NCBI GenBank assembly: GCA_031266895.1
Contig: JAISAD010000002.1
Coordinates: 1 to 36,787, forward strand
DNA: 36,787 nt
From: Bacteroidales bacterium
GTDB lineage: Bacteria; Bacteroidota; Bacteroidia; Bacteroidales; WCHB1-69
Direction: 5' to 3'
A program made the position numbers and the translations under genes. This document shows, in pieces, positions 1 through 8,758 of the stretch (positions are counted from its first letter, which is position 1; each line of letters begins with the position of its first letter). The notes below the pieces were generated by a model. It was given only the letters and a program-made list of their open reading frames with translations, did not search any database and was not told the DNA's origin.

Positions 1-321
1 CTGGCGAGCAGACCCGCAGGGGGCACGGGATCGGCAAGGGGAGCAGCAGGGAGAGAGGACTTTTCAGCAGTTAAGGTGTCGCCCAATCCGGCACGCGAAT
101 ACTGCTCGTTCAGCTGGGACTTTGGCACGAGCGCTCAGGAGCATCATTTTCAGCTGAAAATCACGGATGCTTCCGGCAGGCTTATGCTTACCCAGCCGCT
201 CGAAGGAGCACAGGGTCAATGGGTTTGGGATACCAGAGTAGTTGCGCAAGGCAGTTATGCCTACAGCGTAACTAATGGCAGCGTTCAGTTGGGAAACGGG
301 AAAATTATAGTAGCGAAATAA
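1..321 (+). CDS. 3' end of a T9SS type A sorting-domain protein (partial, open from the window edge)
   Basis: Frame 1 is open from base 1. It reads VKVSPNPA...LKITDASGRL...QGSYAYSV...KIIVAK-stop, a typical T9SS C-terminal domain. Confidence 0.75.
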   Translation: MASRPAGGTGSARGAAGREDFSAVKVSPNPAREYCSFSWDFGTSAQEHHFQLKITDASGRLMLTQPLEGAQGQWVWDTRVVAQGSYAYSVTNGSVQLGNGKIIVAK

Positions 322-346
322 TAAAAATAATAAAATCTAATTTATA

Positions 347-799
347 ATGAAATCATTCAAATTCTCGATTAATGGCAACAAATATGCTGTGGACATTAAC
401 AGCATAGAGGGAAAAAACGTCGAATTAGAAGTAAACGGCACGCCTTATACCGTACAAATGGATAACGAAGCCGAAGTAGTGCAGAAAACCGTTAAACCGG
501 TGGTGAAAATTGCACAACCTGAACCACCGAAAGCAGCGCCGAAACCGGTATCCGTGCCACAAGCGCCGGCTGCAGCCAGAAGCGGTTACAGTATCAAATC
601 GCCTCTACCGGGCGTAGTACTTGATGTCTTTGTAAGGCAGGGCGACACCGTGAAACCGGGACAGCGTGTGCTCCTGCTGGAAGCCATGAAAATGGAAAAC
701 AACATTGATGCCGACAAAGAGGGCGTAGTAAAAGAGATAAAAGTACAGCGTAATGACTCCGTAATGGAAGGCGACGTTTTAATTATTATTGAAAATTAA
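347..799 (+). CDS. Biotin carboxyl carrier subunit of a Na+-translocating decarboxylase (MmdC-like)
   Basis: EAMKMEN biotinylation motif, Pro/Ala-rich linker, and adjacency to the decarboxylase beta subunit. Confidence 0.9.
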   Translation: MKSFKFSINGNKYAVDINSIEGKNVELEVNGTPYTVQMDNEAEVVQKTVKPVVKIAQPEPPKAAPKPVSVPQAPAAARSGYSIKSPLPGVVLDVFVRQGDTVKPGQRVLLLEAMKMENNIDADKEGVVKEIKVQRNDSVMEGDVLIIIEN

Positions 800-810
800 C
801 AGCTTGTAAA

Positions 811-1962
811 ATGAACTTTTTGGATTTTATAAAAAACGGACTGTTACAGTTCTTTAGTTACACCGGTTTTGCCAATTGTGAAGTCGGAAACATTATCATG
901 ATCATTGTAGGGATTATCTTTATCGCCTTAGCTATTATAAAGGAGTATGAACCCATGCTTTTAATTCCTATCGGACTCGGGATTATTGTGGGCAACATTC
1001 CTTTTACCGATGGTTTGCAAATTGGGGTTTACGAAGATGGTTCGGTACTCAACTACCTCTATTTCGGAGTGCTGAAAGGGGTGTATCCGCCACTGATATT
1101 CTTAGGTATTGGTGCTATGACCGACTTTTCTACCCTGATTTCCAACCCTAAATTGATTTTGATTGGAGCAGCTGCCCAGTTGGGTATTTTTGGCGCTTAC
1201 ATGCTTGCCCTGCTCCTGGATTTCAATCCTATGGAAGCTGCCTCAATCGGTATTATTGGCGGCGCTGACGGTCCTACGGCTATCTTTCTCTCATCAAAAT
1301 TGGCACCAAGCATGATGGGCGCTATCGCTATTTCAGCTTACTCTTACATGGCACTGGTGCCGGTAATTCAGCCGCCGGTAATGCGATTGCTCACCACCAA
1401 AAAAGAGCGTGTAATCCGTATGCGTCCGCCTCGCGTAGTATCACATCGCGAAAAAGTTATTTTTCCCCTGCTTTGCATTTTGCTTACCACTTTTCTAGTC
1501 CCCAGCGGGTTGCCATTACTGGGCATGCTTTTCTTTGGCAATTTATTGAAAGAGAGCGGTGTAACCAAACGTTTGGCGAACACGGCTGCCAATCCCCTGA
1601 TTGATATTGTTACTATCCTTATCGGTTTAACGGTTGGGGCCTCTACTCAAGCCAGCACATTCTTGAAAGTGGAATCTATCTTGATTTTTGCTTTGGGAGC
1701 AGCCTCTTTTATAATTGCTACGGCCGGTGGAGTATGTTTCGTTAAAATCTTCAATCTATTTTTGAAAGAGGGTAACAAGATTAATCCATTGATTGGAAAT
1801 GCCGGCGTATCGGCCGTACCCGACAGTGCTCGCGTATCGCAGGTAGAAGGATTAAAATACGACAAAACAAACTTCCTGCTTATGCACGCCATGGGGCCAA
1901 ATGTAGCCGGAGTTATTGGCAGTGCAGTCGCTGCAGGTATTCTGTTGAGTTTTCTGTACTAA
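811..1962 (+). CDS. oadB: Sodium ion-translocating decarboxylase beta subunit (OadB/MmdB family)
   Basis: Hydrophobic 383 aa protein with IGIIGGADGPTAIF, GAIAISAYSYMALVP and MHAMGPNVAGVIGSA family motifs. Confidence 0.93.
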   Translation: MNFLDFIKNGLLQFFSYTGFANCEVGNIIMIIVGIIFIALAIIKEYEPMLLIPIGLGIIVGNIPFTDGLQIGVYEDGSVLNYLYFGVLKGVYPPLIFLGIGAMTDFSTLISNPKLILIGAAAQLGIFGAYMLALLLDFNPMEAASIGIIGGADGPTAIFLSSKLAPSMMGAIAISAYSYMALVPVIQPPVMRLLTTKKERVIRMRPPRVVSHREKVIFPLLCILLTTFLVPSGLPLLGMLFFGNLLKESGVTKRLANTAANPLIDIVTILIGLTVGASTQASTFLKVESILIFALGAASFIIATAGGVCFVKIFNLFLKEGNKINPLIGNAGVSAVPDSARVSQVEGLKYDKTNFLLMHAMGPNVAGVIGSAVAAGILLSFLY

Positions 1963-3215
1963 ACAACAAACTGCCCGTTCAAAGCCACCCGCTCTACCTT
2001 GTTGCTGCCGAAAGCATAAGGCATAAACTCTATGGTAGAGACGGGTTTGGTGATAAAAAAGTTAGCTATTTTCCCTTTGGCTATTGATCCCAATCGGTCG
2101 CTGAGATCTAAAGCATAGGCTGTATTGATGGTTACTGCATTAAGCGCCTCTTCAGACAGCATTTTATACTTGATACAGCCCATGGAAAGAACAAGTTGCA
2201 TATTGCCGGATGGACACGAGCCGGGATTGAAATCGGAAGCCAATGCCACCGGCAAGCCAGCATCAATCATCTTCCTGACAGGGGCATAAACCATTCCCAG
2301 AAAGAATGCTGCTCCCGGCAATAGGGTAGGCATGGTTTCAGATTGAAGCAATGCTTCAATTTCGGCCTCACCGGTATATTCCAAATGATCAACCGAAAGG
2401 GCATTGTACTTCACTCCTGCCTGAATGCCGCCGGAATAATCAAGTTCATTGGCGTGTATTTTGGCTCTGAGGCCATATTTCATTCCCTGCATCAGGATGC
2501 GTTCGGTCTCCTCTACCGTAAAAAAGCCCTTATCGCAAAACACATCAATAAAATCGGCCAACTCTTCAGCCGCCACCATCGGGATCATTTCATTGATAAT
2601 CAGCTCCACATAGCAGTCTTGTCGGCCACGATACTCCACAGGTACAGCATGTGCGCCCAAGAAATTAGCCCGAATCGTGATAGGCGATTTCTCCTTTAAT
2701 TTCCTGATAACGCGCAGCATCTTCAATTCGTCTTCGGTAGAAAGGCCGTAGCCGCTCTTGATTTCTACCGCACCGGTACCCAGCGAAGCTATTTCTTCCA
2801 AGCGTTGCCATGCACTATCGAACAGCTCTTCTTCCGATGCCTCGTGCAGCCGTTGGGCCGAATTTAGGATACCACCGCCGCGCTTCGCTATCTCTTCATA
2901 GCTCAGACCCTTAATCTTATTGATATACTCTATTTCGCGACTGCCGGCATAGACCAAATGGGTGTGCGAATCACAAAAAGCAGGGAACACCATTTTTCCG
3001 GTAGCATCTACCTCGGTAAGCGACTCTTTAAGATTTTGCAACAGGACGGGCGAAAAAGCGCTCATCGCCCCAAATGCCTTAATCGTCTCACCCTCGGTGA
3101 GCAAAAAGGCATCTTGTATAGTATGCAATGTCTGCATATCCTTGCCGGCACGCCATACCGCCGGCTCCTCCTCTATTTGTACTAACTGTTTGATATTTTT
3201 AATTAATATAGCCAT
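1959..3215 (-). CDS. hutI: Imidazolonepropionase
   Basis: DSHTHLVYAGSR, GGGILNS, EIKSGYGL, HANEL, SVDHLE and ALASDFNPGS amidohydrolase motifs. Its stop overlaps the convergent oadB stop by 4 bp. Confidence 0.95.
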   Translation of the reverse strand: MAILIKNIKQLVQIEEEPAVWRAGKDMQTLHTIQDAFLLTEGETIKAFGAMSAFSPVLLQNLKESLTEVDATGKMVFPAFCDSHTHLVYAGSREIEYINKIKGLSYEEIAKRGGGILNSAQRLHEASEEELFDSAWQRLEEIASLGTGAVEIKSGYGLSTEDELKMLRVIRKLKEKSPITIRANFLGAHAVPVEYRGRQDCYVELIINEMIPMVAAEELADFIDVFCDKGFFTVEETERILMQGMKYGLRAKIHANELDYSGGIQAGVKYNALSVDHLEYTGEAEIEALLQSETMPTLLPGAAFFLGMVYAPVRKMIDAGLPVALASDFNPGSCPSGNMQLVLSMGCIKYKMLSEEALNAVTINTAYALDLSDRLGSIAKGKIANFFITKPVSTIEFMPYAFGSNKVERVALNGQFVV

Positions 3216-3229
3216 ACTTATGTTATATG

Positions 3230-4033
3230 TTAATTTTTAAATCTTGCAAAATATTCGTCTATTTCCGGTCTTAATTCCATGCCGGCTTTTTCGAAACAAT
3301 CTAATAATTCTGTGTATGCGCCTCTTCCTCCGAGAAAATCCCAAAATTCTTCAGCAACTTTTAATTCGTGTTCAAGGTCAAGCATTCCCCGCATTGTCCA
3401 GCGATTATAAGGTTGCGGTTCGTATGGGTTGTAGGGTATAGCGATTATTGTTTGAATCTTTGCATCAGGATTGGTGGCCAATGTAACGGCAACCCATTCT
3501 AAAAGAGTGCGTTTAAACTCCTTAAATCCTCCTGCATTTGGCTTAGCTGTCTTAATATCAAACAAATAGATAGTGTCGTCGTGTCCAATTACCTTCAAAT
3601 CTACTTTTGTTGGTTTAACGGTTTTCATTTCGCCTTTTTGACAAACCTTTCTAATTGCTTCTATTTCTTCCGATTTACATGGTTCAGCAATCGCCGTTGT
3701 CAAATTATCCATTATATTTTGGATAATTTGTTGCGCCTCAGACGAAATAAGTTTCCCCGAAATTTGTTGTAACTCTGCATTGGCAAAATTCAAGAGCGCT
3801 AATGATTTAGCAACCGGCTCAAAAATAGTCGTTCCGAAATTCGTACTCAACGAATGAATAAACGAATATAAGGCAATCCTATCCTTCCCCAATAGTCGAA
3901 AATGAAATGGCATAGAGGCAGGTTCAGGGTTGTAATTCTGAAATTTATGGCGCAAACTATCTATTATAACTTGCTGAATCTGCAATTTTTGTTCTCTTAA
4001 TCCACTATATTGTTTTTCAAACATTTTCATCAT
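3230..4033 (-). CDS. Type II restriction endonuclease, TdeIII/MjaII-like
   Basis: PD-(D/E)xK-type core VDLK...LFDIKTAKPN, plus MPFH.RLLG, FIHSLSTNFG and EEFWDFLGG segments resembling the TdeIII family. Its ATG overlaps the MTase stop (TAATG). Confidence 0.8.
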   Translation of the reverse strand: MMKMFEKQYSGLREQKLQIQQVIIDSLRHKFQNYNPEPASMPFHFRLLGKDRIALYSFIHSLSTNFGTTIFEPVAKSLALLNFANAELQQISGKLISSEAQQIIQNIMDNLTTAIAEPCKSEEIEAIRKVCQKGEMKTVKPTKVDLKVIGHDDTIYLFDIKTAKPNAGGFKEFKRTLLEWVAVTLATNPDAKIQTIIAIPYNPYEPQPYNRWTMRGMLDLEHELKVAEEFWDFLGGRGAYTELLDCFEKAGMELRPEIDEYFARFKN

Positions 4034-5619
4034 TATTTTGCTTTCAAATGAAAAATACTCTCCGAGTATGCTGTTTTATCCTTTTCCGTTCTATTCAACA
4101 CAGGACGTTTGAATTGGTTTGCAATTTGCATTCCTGCTTTTTCGGCAATGGTTGGATACATATTATATTTGTCGTTTGCCACAAGAAAAATATCGTAATT
4201 ATCTGCCAAAAAGTACTTGCAATTATTCAAAACATCGGCAATTCCTTGAATATAACTTGTTTGTGCTTCTTTTTTCTGACCTTTGTAAAGCGGTCCGATC
4301 TCCAATTCATCTTTTCGCTCAAAGTCGAATAAATCGTAAGCATAGGCGTGTTGCTCGTGGTAGTCAATCAGTCCAACATAAGGCGGTGAAGAAAATATGC
4401 CTTTAATCTTCTTTTCTTCAAATAGTTGCTTAAACGCAGGATTGTTATGTCTGATTTGTTCATAAATATCCATGTTTCGACTATCGCCGGTTAAACAAAG
4501 CTGAAATGTGTCGGTTCTCAATTTGTTAAACTGCTGCAAACGCTTAACGGTATCTTTAGAATAGGTTTTCCACCATTTTATAATAGAAAAGAGAGGTTTA
4601 CACATCTTGCCGTGCTTATGGCAATAATAGGTCGTATGAATGGGTTTCAACAGGGTGGCCAAATCGGCATGTGTAGTTGCCCGGCAACTGCGCATGGTAC
4701 GACTTAAAATAATACTGACTATGCATTTGGTATTAATATTACTGATTTTTTTTATTTCGGAAAAAACGAAATCTATCTCATTTCTAATATGTTGCGAATA
4801 CCATTTATCTAAAAAGGCATTGTTGGGTTCCTGTTCTAACTGGATGTTATATTCTTGCACCAATCGTTTAAATACCGGCAAAAATAATTTTTCTTTTTCT
4901 AAAGCATATTCGAACTCATTGATTTCCCCATTTCTTAAACGGTATTTATATTCAGGAACAGGAAAATGTTGATTATTAAATTGATACAATTCTTGCAATA
5001 ATTTTTCCTCAAAATCAATAGCATTAGAACTCTTAACAAACTCCTGTAACAGCCGAGTAATTCTATCAATTTCATGTTGTAAATCAACAAGGTCATATCT
5101 GGTTATTTTACAATTGCTAATCAACGCATTAAAGGCCGAAATGTCAACCCCTATGGCATGCATCCCTAATTCGCAGGCCTGTACCATGGTTGTGCCGCTA
5201 CCAGAAAATGGGTCAAGAATAATATCCCCTTTTTTAAAATAAGTTTTTGTTTTAAATTTATCCGTATGTTCATCCAAAAAATACTCAACCAGTTGCGGAA
5301 TAAATTTCCCTTTATAAGGATGCAAGCGATGAACATGTTTCGTAGTTTCGGCCTCTTTATACTGATCAAACGACAGTGCCCAATTCAAATCAGCGCCCAA
5401 TTGTTCTCTAAAATTTATCTCTCGCGAGCCGTTGTAAGATTGATAGTAATTGCATAAATCCTCAAAAGCAATCCGAGTAGAGCCGTTTTCGCCGATTTTC
5501 TTTACGCGCCCATATTGAATTAAATAAGAAATGTTGGATGCGGTTACATTTTTCCCGGTATATTCGCTTGCCCACTGAGCGGCCTCTTTTATGGTAAATA
5601 GTCGGTTTGAATTAATCAT
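4033..5619 (-). CDS. Amino-DNA methyltransferase (probably m4C, alpha motif order) with N-terminal HTH-like domain
   Basis: HPYKGKF, motif I DPFSGSGTT and motif IV SPPY. Start moved to 5619 because a TATTTTTG promoter element (5634-5641) lies inside the longer ORF call. Confidence 0.88.
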   Translation of the reverse strand: MINSNRLFTIKEAAQWASEYTGKNVTASNISYLIQYGRVKKIGENGSTRIAFEDLCNYYQSYNGSREINFREQLGADLNWALSFDQYKEAETTKHVHRLHPYKGKFIPQLVEYFLDEHTDKFKTKTYFKKGDIILDPFSGSGTTMVQACELGMHAIGVDISAFNALISNCKITRYDLVDLQHEIDRITRLLQEFVKSSNAIDFEEKLLQELYQFNNQHFPVPEYKYRLRNGEINEFEYALEKEKLFLPVFKRLVQEYNIQLEQEPNNAFLDKWYSQHIRNEIDFVFSEIKKISNINTKCIVSIILSRTMRSCRATTHADLATLLKPIHTTYYCHKHGKMCKPLFSIIKWWKTYSKDTVKRLQQFNKLRTDTFQLCLTGDSRNMDIYEQIRHNNPAFKQLFEEKKIKGIFSSPPYVGLIDYHEQHAYAYDLFDFERKDELEIGPLYKGQKKEAQTSYIQGIADVLNNCKYFLADNYDIFLVANDKYNMYPTIAEKAGMQIANQFKRPVLNRTEKDKTAYSESIFHLKAK

Positions 5620-5685
5620 TGTTATTCTGTTTACAAAAATATCACTGTGTAAAATTACGAAAAAATAGGCTCTCGTCATCGTTTA

Positions 5686-6891
5686 CTAATTCTGATTTTT
5701 TTTGCTGGATTTCAAATTTCCGATAGCTACTGCGGTCAAATAGAGCAGACAGGCTAAGGTTACGATAAAGGCATATCGGGGATGAATGCTGGCTGCCGCT
5801 CCGGTAAGCAACGGCACAAAAGCAGCTCCAACAATGGCAGTAATCATCAGTCCCGAAATTTCGTTAGTCTTTTCCGGCTTGTGCTCAATGCAGATTGAAA
5901 AAATGAGTGGAAAAATATTGGCAAATCCTACCCCAATCAGTATAAAACTGAGCCATGTTGTTACGGCATTGTAGGGCATAAAGAGCATCAAATTACCTAA
6001 AATGGATATTATTATTGTAGTAATTAAAAACAGGCTGGCTTTCATATAGCGTAATATCACACCCCCGAAAAAACGACCGAAAAAGAGAGCTAAAATCAGT
6101 ACAATATTGCCCATAGCAGGGCCAATCTCAGGATTATTCTCTTTTAGAATCGTGGGGATGCGATTGAACATGGAGGCTTCTGCACCGCAATAGAAAAAAA
6201 TAGCGAGGAACATCAGCAAAATATAAGGATCTTGCAGAGCTAATAGGCAGTTTTTGAATGTGGTAGGTTTTTCCGGATTACCCTCTTTGGCATTGGGGAC
6301 AAAGAGCAGTACCAAAAAGAGAGTGAGCAGTAATACTACAGCAAAAATAGGGAATAAAATCCGAAAACTAAGGTCTATCGTAATGCCGTTTTCCGGATTT
6401 TGTGCCGAAAACCATCCATATTTTACCAGTGAAGCGCCTATCAAAAGCAATATGAGCGAGGTAGAGAGCGTTCCGATGGCTTTAATAGCTTGTGCAAAAG
6501 AGAGATTGCTGGAATATTGTCCTGCTGCCGACACATCACGCATCAGCGGATTTCCTGACACCTGCAAAATGGTTGCACCTGCACCCATGAGCAGTACCGC
6601 CAGCAGAATAATGGGGAAATTGAAAGCCATTATCGGCAAAATAGCTCCCAGCAAAAAGAGTATCAGGCCAATAATCAGCATTTTCTTTTTGCCGATTATG
6701 GATTGCCGTACCCCCATAGGTACGGACAAAAGACCAAACATTAGCATCCCTGCAAAGGAGACCAGAGAAGCCATAAAAGGCGAAATGCGGAACGCACTTT
6801 CTACTACAGAAACCAATTGTCCGGCGGCATCGCCAAAACCCATGGCCAAAAAGACCAAAAAAACCGAAAAGAGCGATAGTGATTTTTTCAT
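5686..6891 (-). CDS. MFS sugar permease (FucP/GluP-like)
   Basis: About 12 hydrophobic segments with GATILQVSGNP, IFFYCGAE, GRFFG and ANIFPLIFS motifs. Likely start MKKSLS at 6891. Confidence 0.85.
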   Translation of the reverse strand: MKKSLSLFSVFLVFLAMGFGDAAGQLVSVVESAFRISPFMASLVSFAGMLMFGLLSVPMGVRQSIIGKKKMLIIGLILFLLGAILPIMAFNFPIILLAVLLMGAGATILQVSGNPLMRDVSAAGQYSSNLSFAQAIKAIGTLSTSLILLLIGASLVKYGWFSAQNPENGITIDLSFRILFPIFAVVLLLTLFLVLLFVPNAKEGNPEKPTTFKNCLLALQDPYILLMFLAIFFYCGAEASMFNRIPTILKENNPEIGPAMGNIVLILALFFGRFFGGVILRYMKASLFLITTIIISILGNLMLFMPYNAVTTWLSFILIGVGFANIFPLIFSICIEHKPEKTNEISGLMITAIVGAAFVPLLTGAAASIHPRYAFIVTLACLLYLTAVAIGNLKSSKKNQN

Positions 6892-7407
6892 TTTGTTAAA
6901 TTCAAATTCATTATTATTCGACAAAAATACGAAAAAAATATTTTGCATCGTAGAATGCTGATTATCAATGTAATTATTTAATAGGTGATTGTTTTTGAAA
7001 AGCCAGCTCCTGCCAAAAAGGAGTAATTGTACCTTTTTGATGATATTGTACTTTCCATTATTAAGACAAATTTCAATTTGTCTTCTGCTATTCCTTTGCC
7101 CGTTTAGCCATTTCTTTATTTCCCTGTCCTTTTAATTTTTTCCTGTTTCTGCAAAAATAACACTTTAATCAGGGAACTCATTTTGGGGAATATTGCAGTT
7201 TTGCATGGTATCCTTTCCGGCTATTATATATTGACGGCAGAATTATTTTATAGTAGGATATGAAATAGTGGAGGAAATAGTAAAAAGAAACATCCTTTTT
7301 ATTGCTTAGATTTCATGTAATCATTTGAATAGTAAATAGATGTATATATGCGAATAAATTTTACAAAGGCAATATAGAAAAAAATAGCATGTTGCTAAAA
7401 ATTATCC

Positions 7408-7415
7408 TATTTTTG
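7408..7415 (+). promoter_or_regulatory. Bacteroidota sigma-A -7 element upstream of the DUF1015 gene
   Basis: TATTTTTG followed by CAGC, about 90 nt before the ATG. The same context recurs before many genes in the window. Confidence 0.6.
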
Positions 7416-7507
7416 CAGCAGTTTTCAAGCAGGATTAATGGGGCTTCGTCTCGGTTTGAAAAAAGAAGAAACAGCATTTTGAAGTCCCCAAAAATACAAA
7501 TATAATT

Positions 7508-8758
7508 ATGGCAATTGTAAAACCTTTTAAAGGATTAAGACCACCTCAAAAAATTGTAAAGCAACTCGCTTCTCGTCCTTATGACGTGCTAAATTCGGAT
7601 GAAGCCCGCAAAGAAGCGGCTGGCAATCCATACTCTCTGTTACGGGTTACCAAAGCCGAAATCGACCTGCCGCAAGGGATAGACGAACACAGTCAGGCCG
7701 TATATGATAAGGTGGTGGAAAATTTTAACCTGTTTAAACAAAACGGCTGGCTGGTAAAAGAAGATGAAGAAAAATTCTATATCTATGCGCAAACTATGGA
7801 CGGTCGCACCCAATACGGTATTGTTGGGTGTACTCATATTGACGATTATTTGAACAATCACATCAAGAAACATGAGCTTACCCGCAAAGATAAAGAAGAA
7901 GATCGCATGATTCATGTGCGCATCACCAATGCCAATGTGGAGCCGGTATTTTTCTCTTATCCCGCCAACAAAGATATTGATGCTATTGTAGAGAATATTG
8001 TGAAGAATCAAGCTCCAGAATATGATTTTGTAGCAGATGACGGTTTTGGACACCATTTTTGGGTTATCAGCGACAAGGCTACCAACGTGCGCATTGCCGA
8101 AATTTTCAAAAATGACATCCCTGATCTTTATGTAGCTGATGGACATCATCGTACGGCTGCCGCCGCTTTGGTAGGCAGTGAAAAACGCAGCCAGAATCCT
8201 AACCATAACGGCACGGAAGAGTATAACTATTTTATGGCAGTAATCTTTCCTGATAATCAATTGAAAATTATTGACTATAACCGTGTAGTAAAAGATTTGA
8301 ATAACTTGTCAAATGAAGCTTTTTTTCAACTTTTATCGGAATCGCTAATCGTAGAAAAAATGGGTGCCGATATCTACAAACCGGCTAAACTACACGAATT
8401 TAGCATGTATTTTGAGGGTGAATGGTACCGGTTGACGGCAAAACCGAGAACATACAACGATGATGATCCTATTGGCACACTTGATGTTACTATTCTTTCC
8501 AATTTGGTATTGGATAAAATACTTGGCATTAAAGATTTAAGAACCGACAAGCGGATTGATTTCATAGGCGGCATTCGCGGCTTGGGAGAACTGAAAAAAC
8601 GGGTGGACAGCGGTGAAATGCGCGTAGCTTTTGCTCTCTATCCGGTATCCATGAAACAATTGATTGACATTGCCGATTCGGGTAATATTATGCCTCCGAA
8701 AACAACTTGGTTTGAGCCAAAATTGCGTTCAGGTTTAGTAATTCATGAGTTGGAATAG
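7508..8758 (+). CDS. DUF1015 family protein
   Basis: PYDV, IKKHELT, YVADGHHR and MPPKTTWFEPKLRSGL motifs. Confidence 0.9.
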   Translation: MAIVKPFKGLRPPQKIVKQLASRPYDVLNSDEARKEAAGNPYSLLRVTKAEIDLPQGIDEHSQAVYDKVVENFNLFKQNGWLVKEDEEKFYIYAQTMDGRTQYGIVGCTHIDDYLNNHIKKHELTRKDKEEDRMIHVRITNANVEPVFFSYPANKDIDAIVENIVKNQAPEYDFVADDGFGHHFWVISDKATNVRIAEIFKNDIPDLYVADGHHRTAAAALVGSEKRSQNPNHNGTEEYNYFMAVIFPDNQLKIIDYNRVVKDLNNLSNEAFFQLLSESLIVEKMGADIYKPAKLHEFSMYFEGEWYRLTAKPRTYNDDDPIGTLDVTILSNLVLDKILGIKDLRTDKRIDFIGGIRGLGELKKRVDSGEMRVAFALYPVSMKQLIDIADSGNIMPPKTTWFEPKLRSGLVIHELE

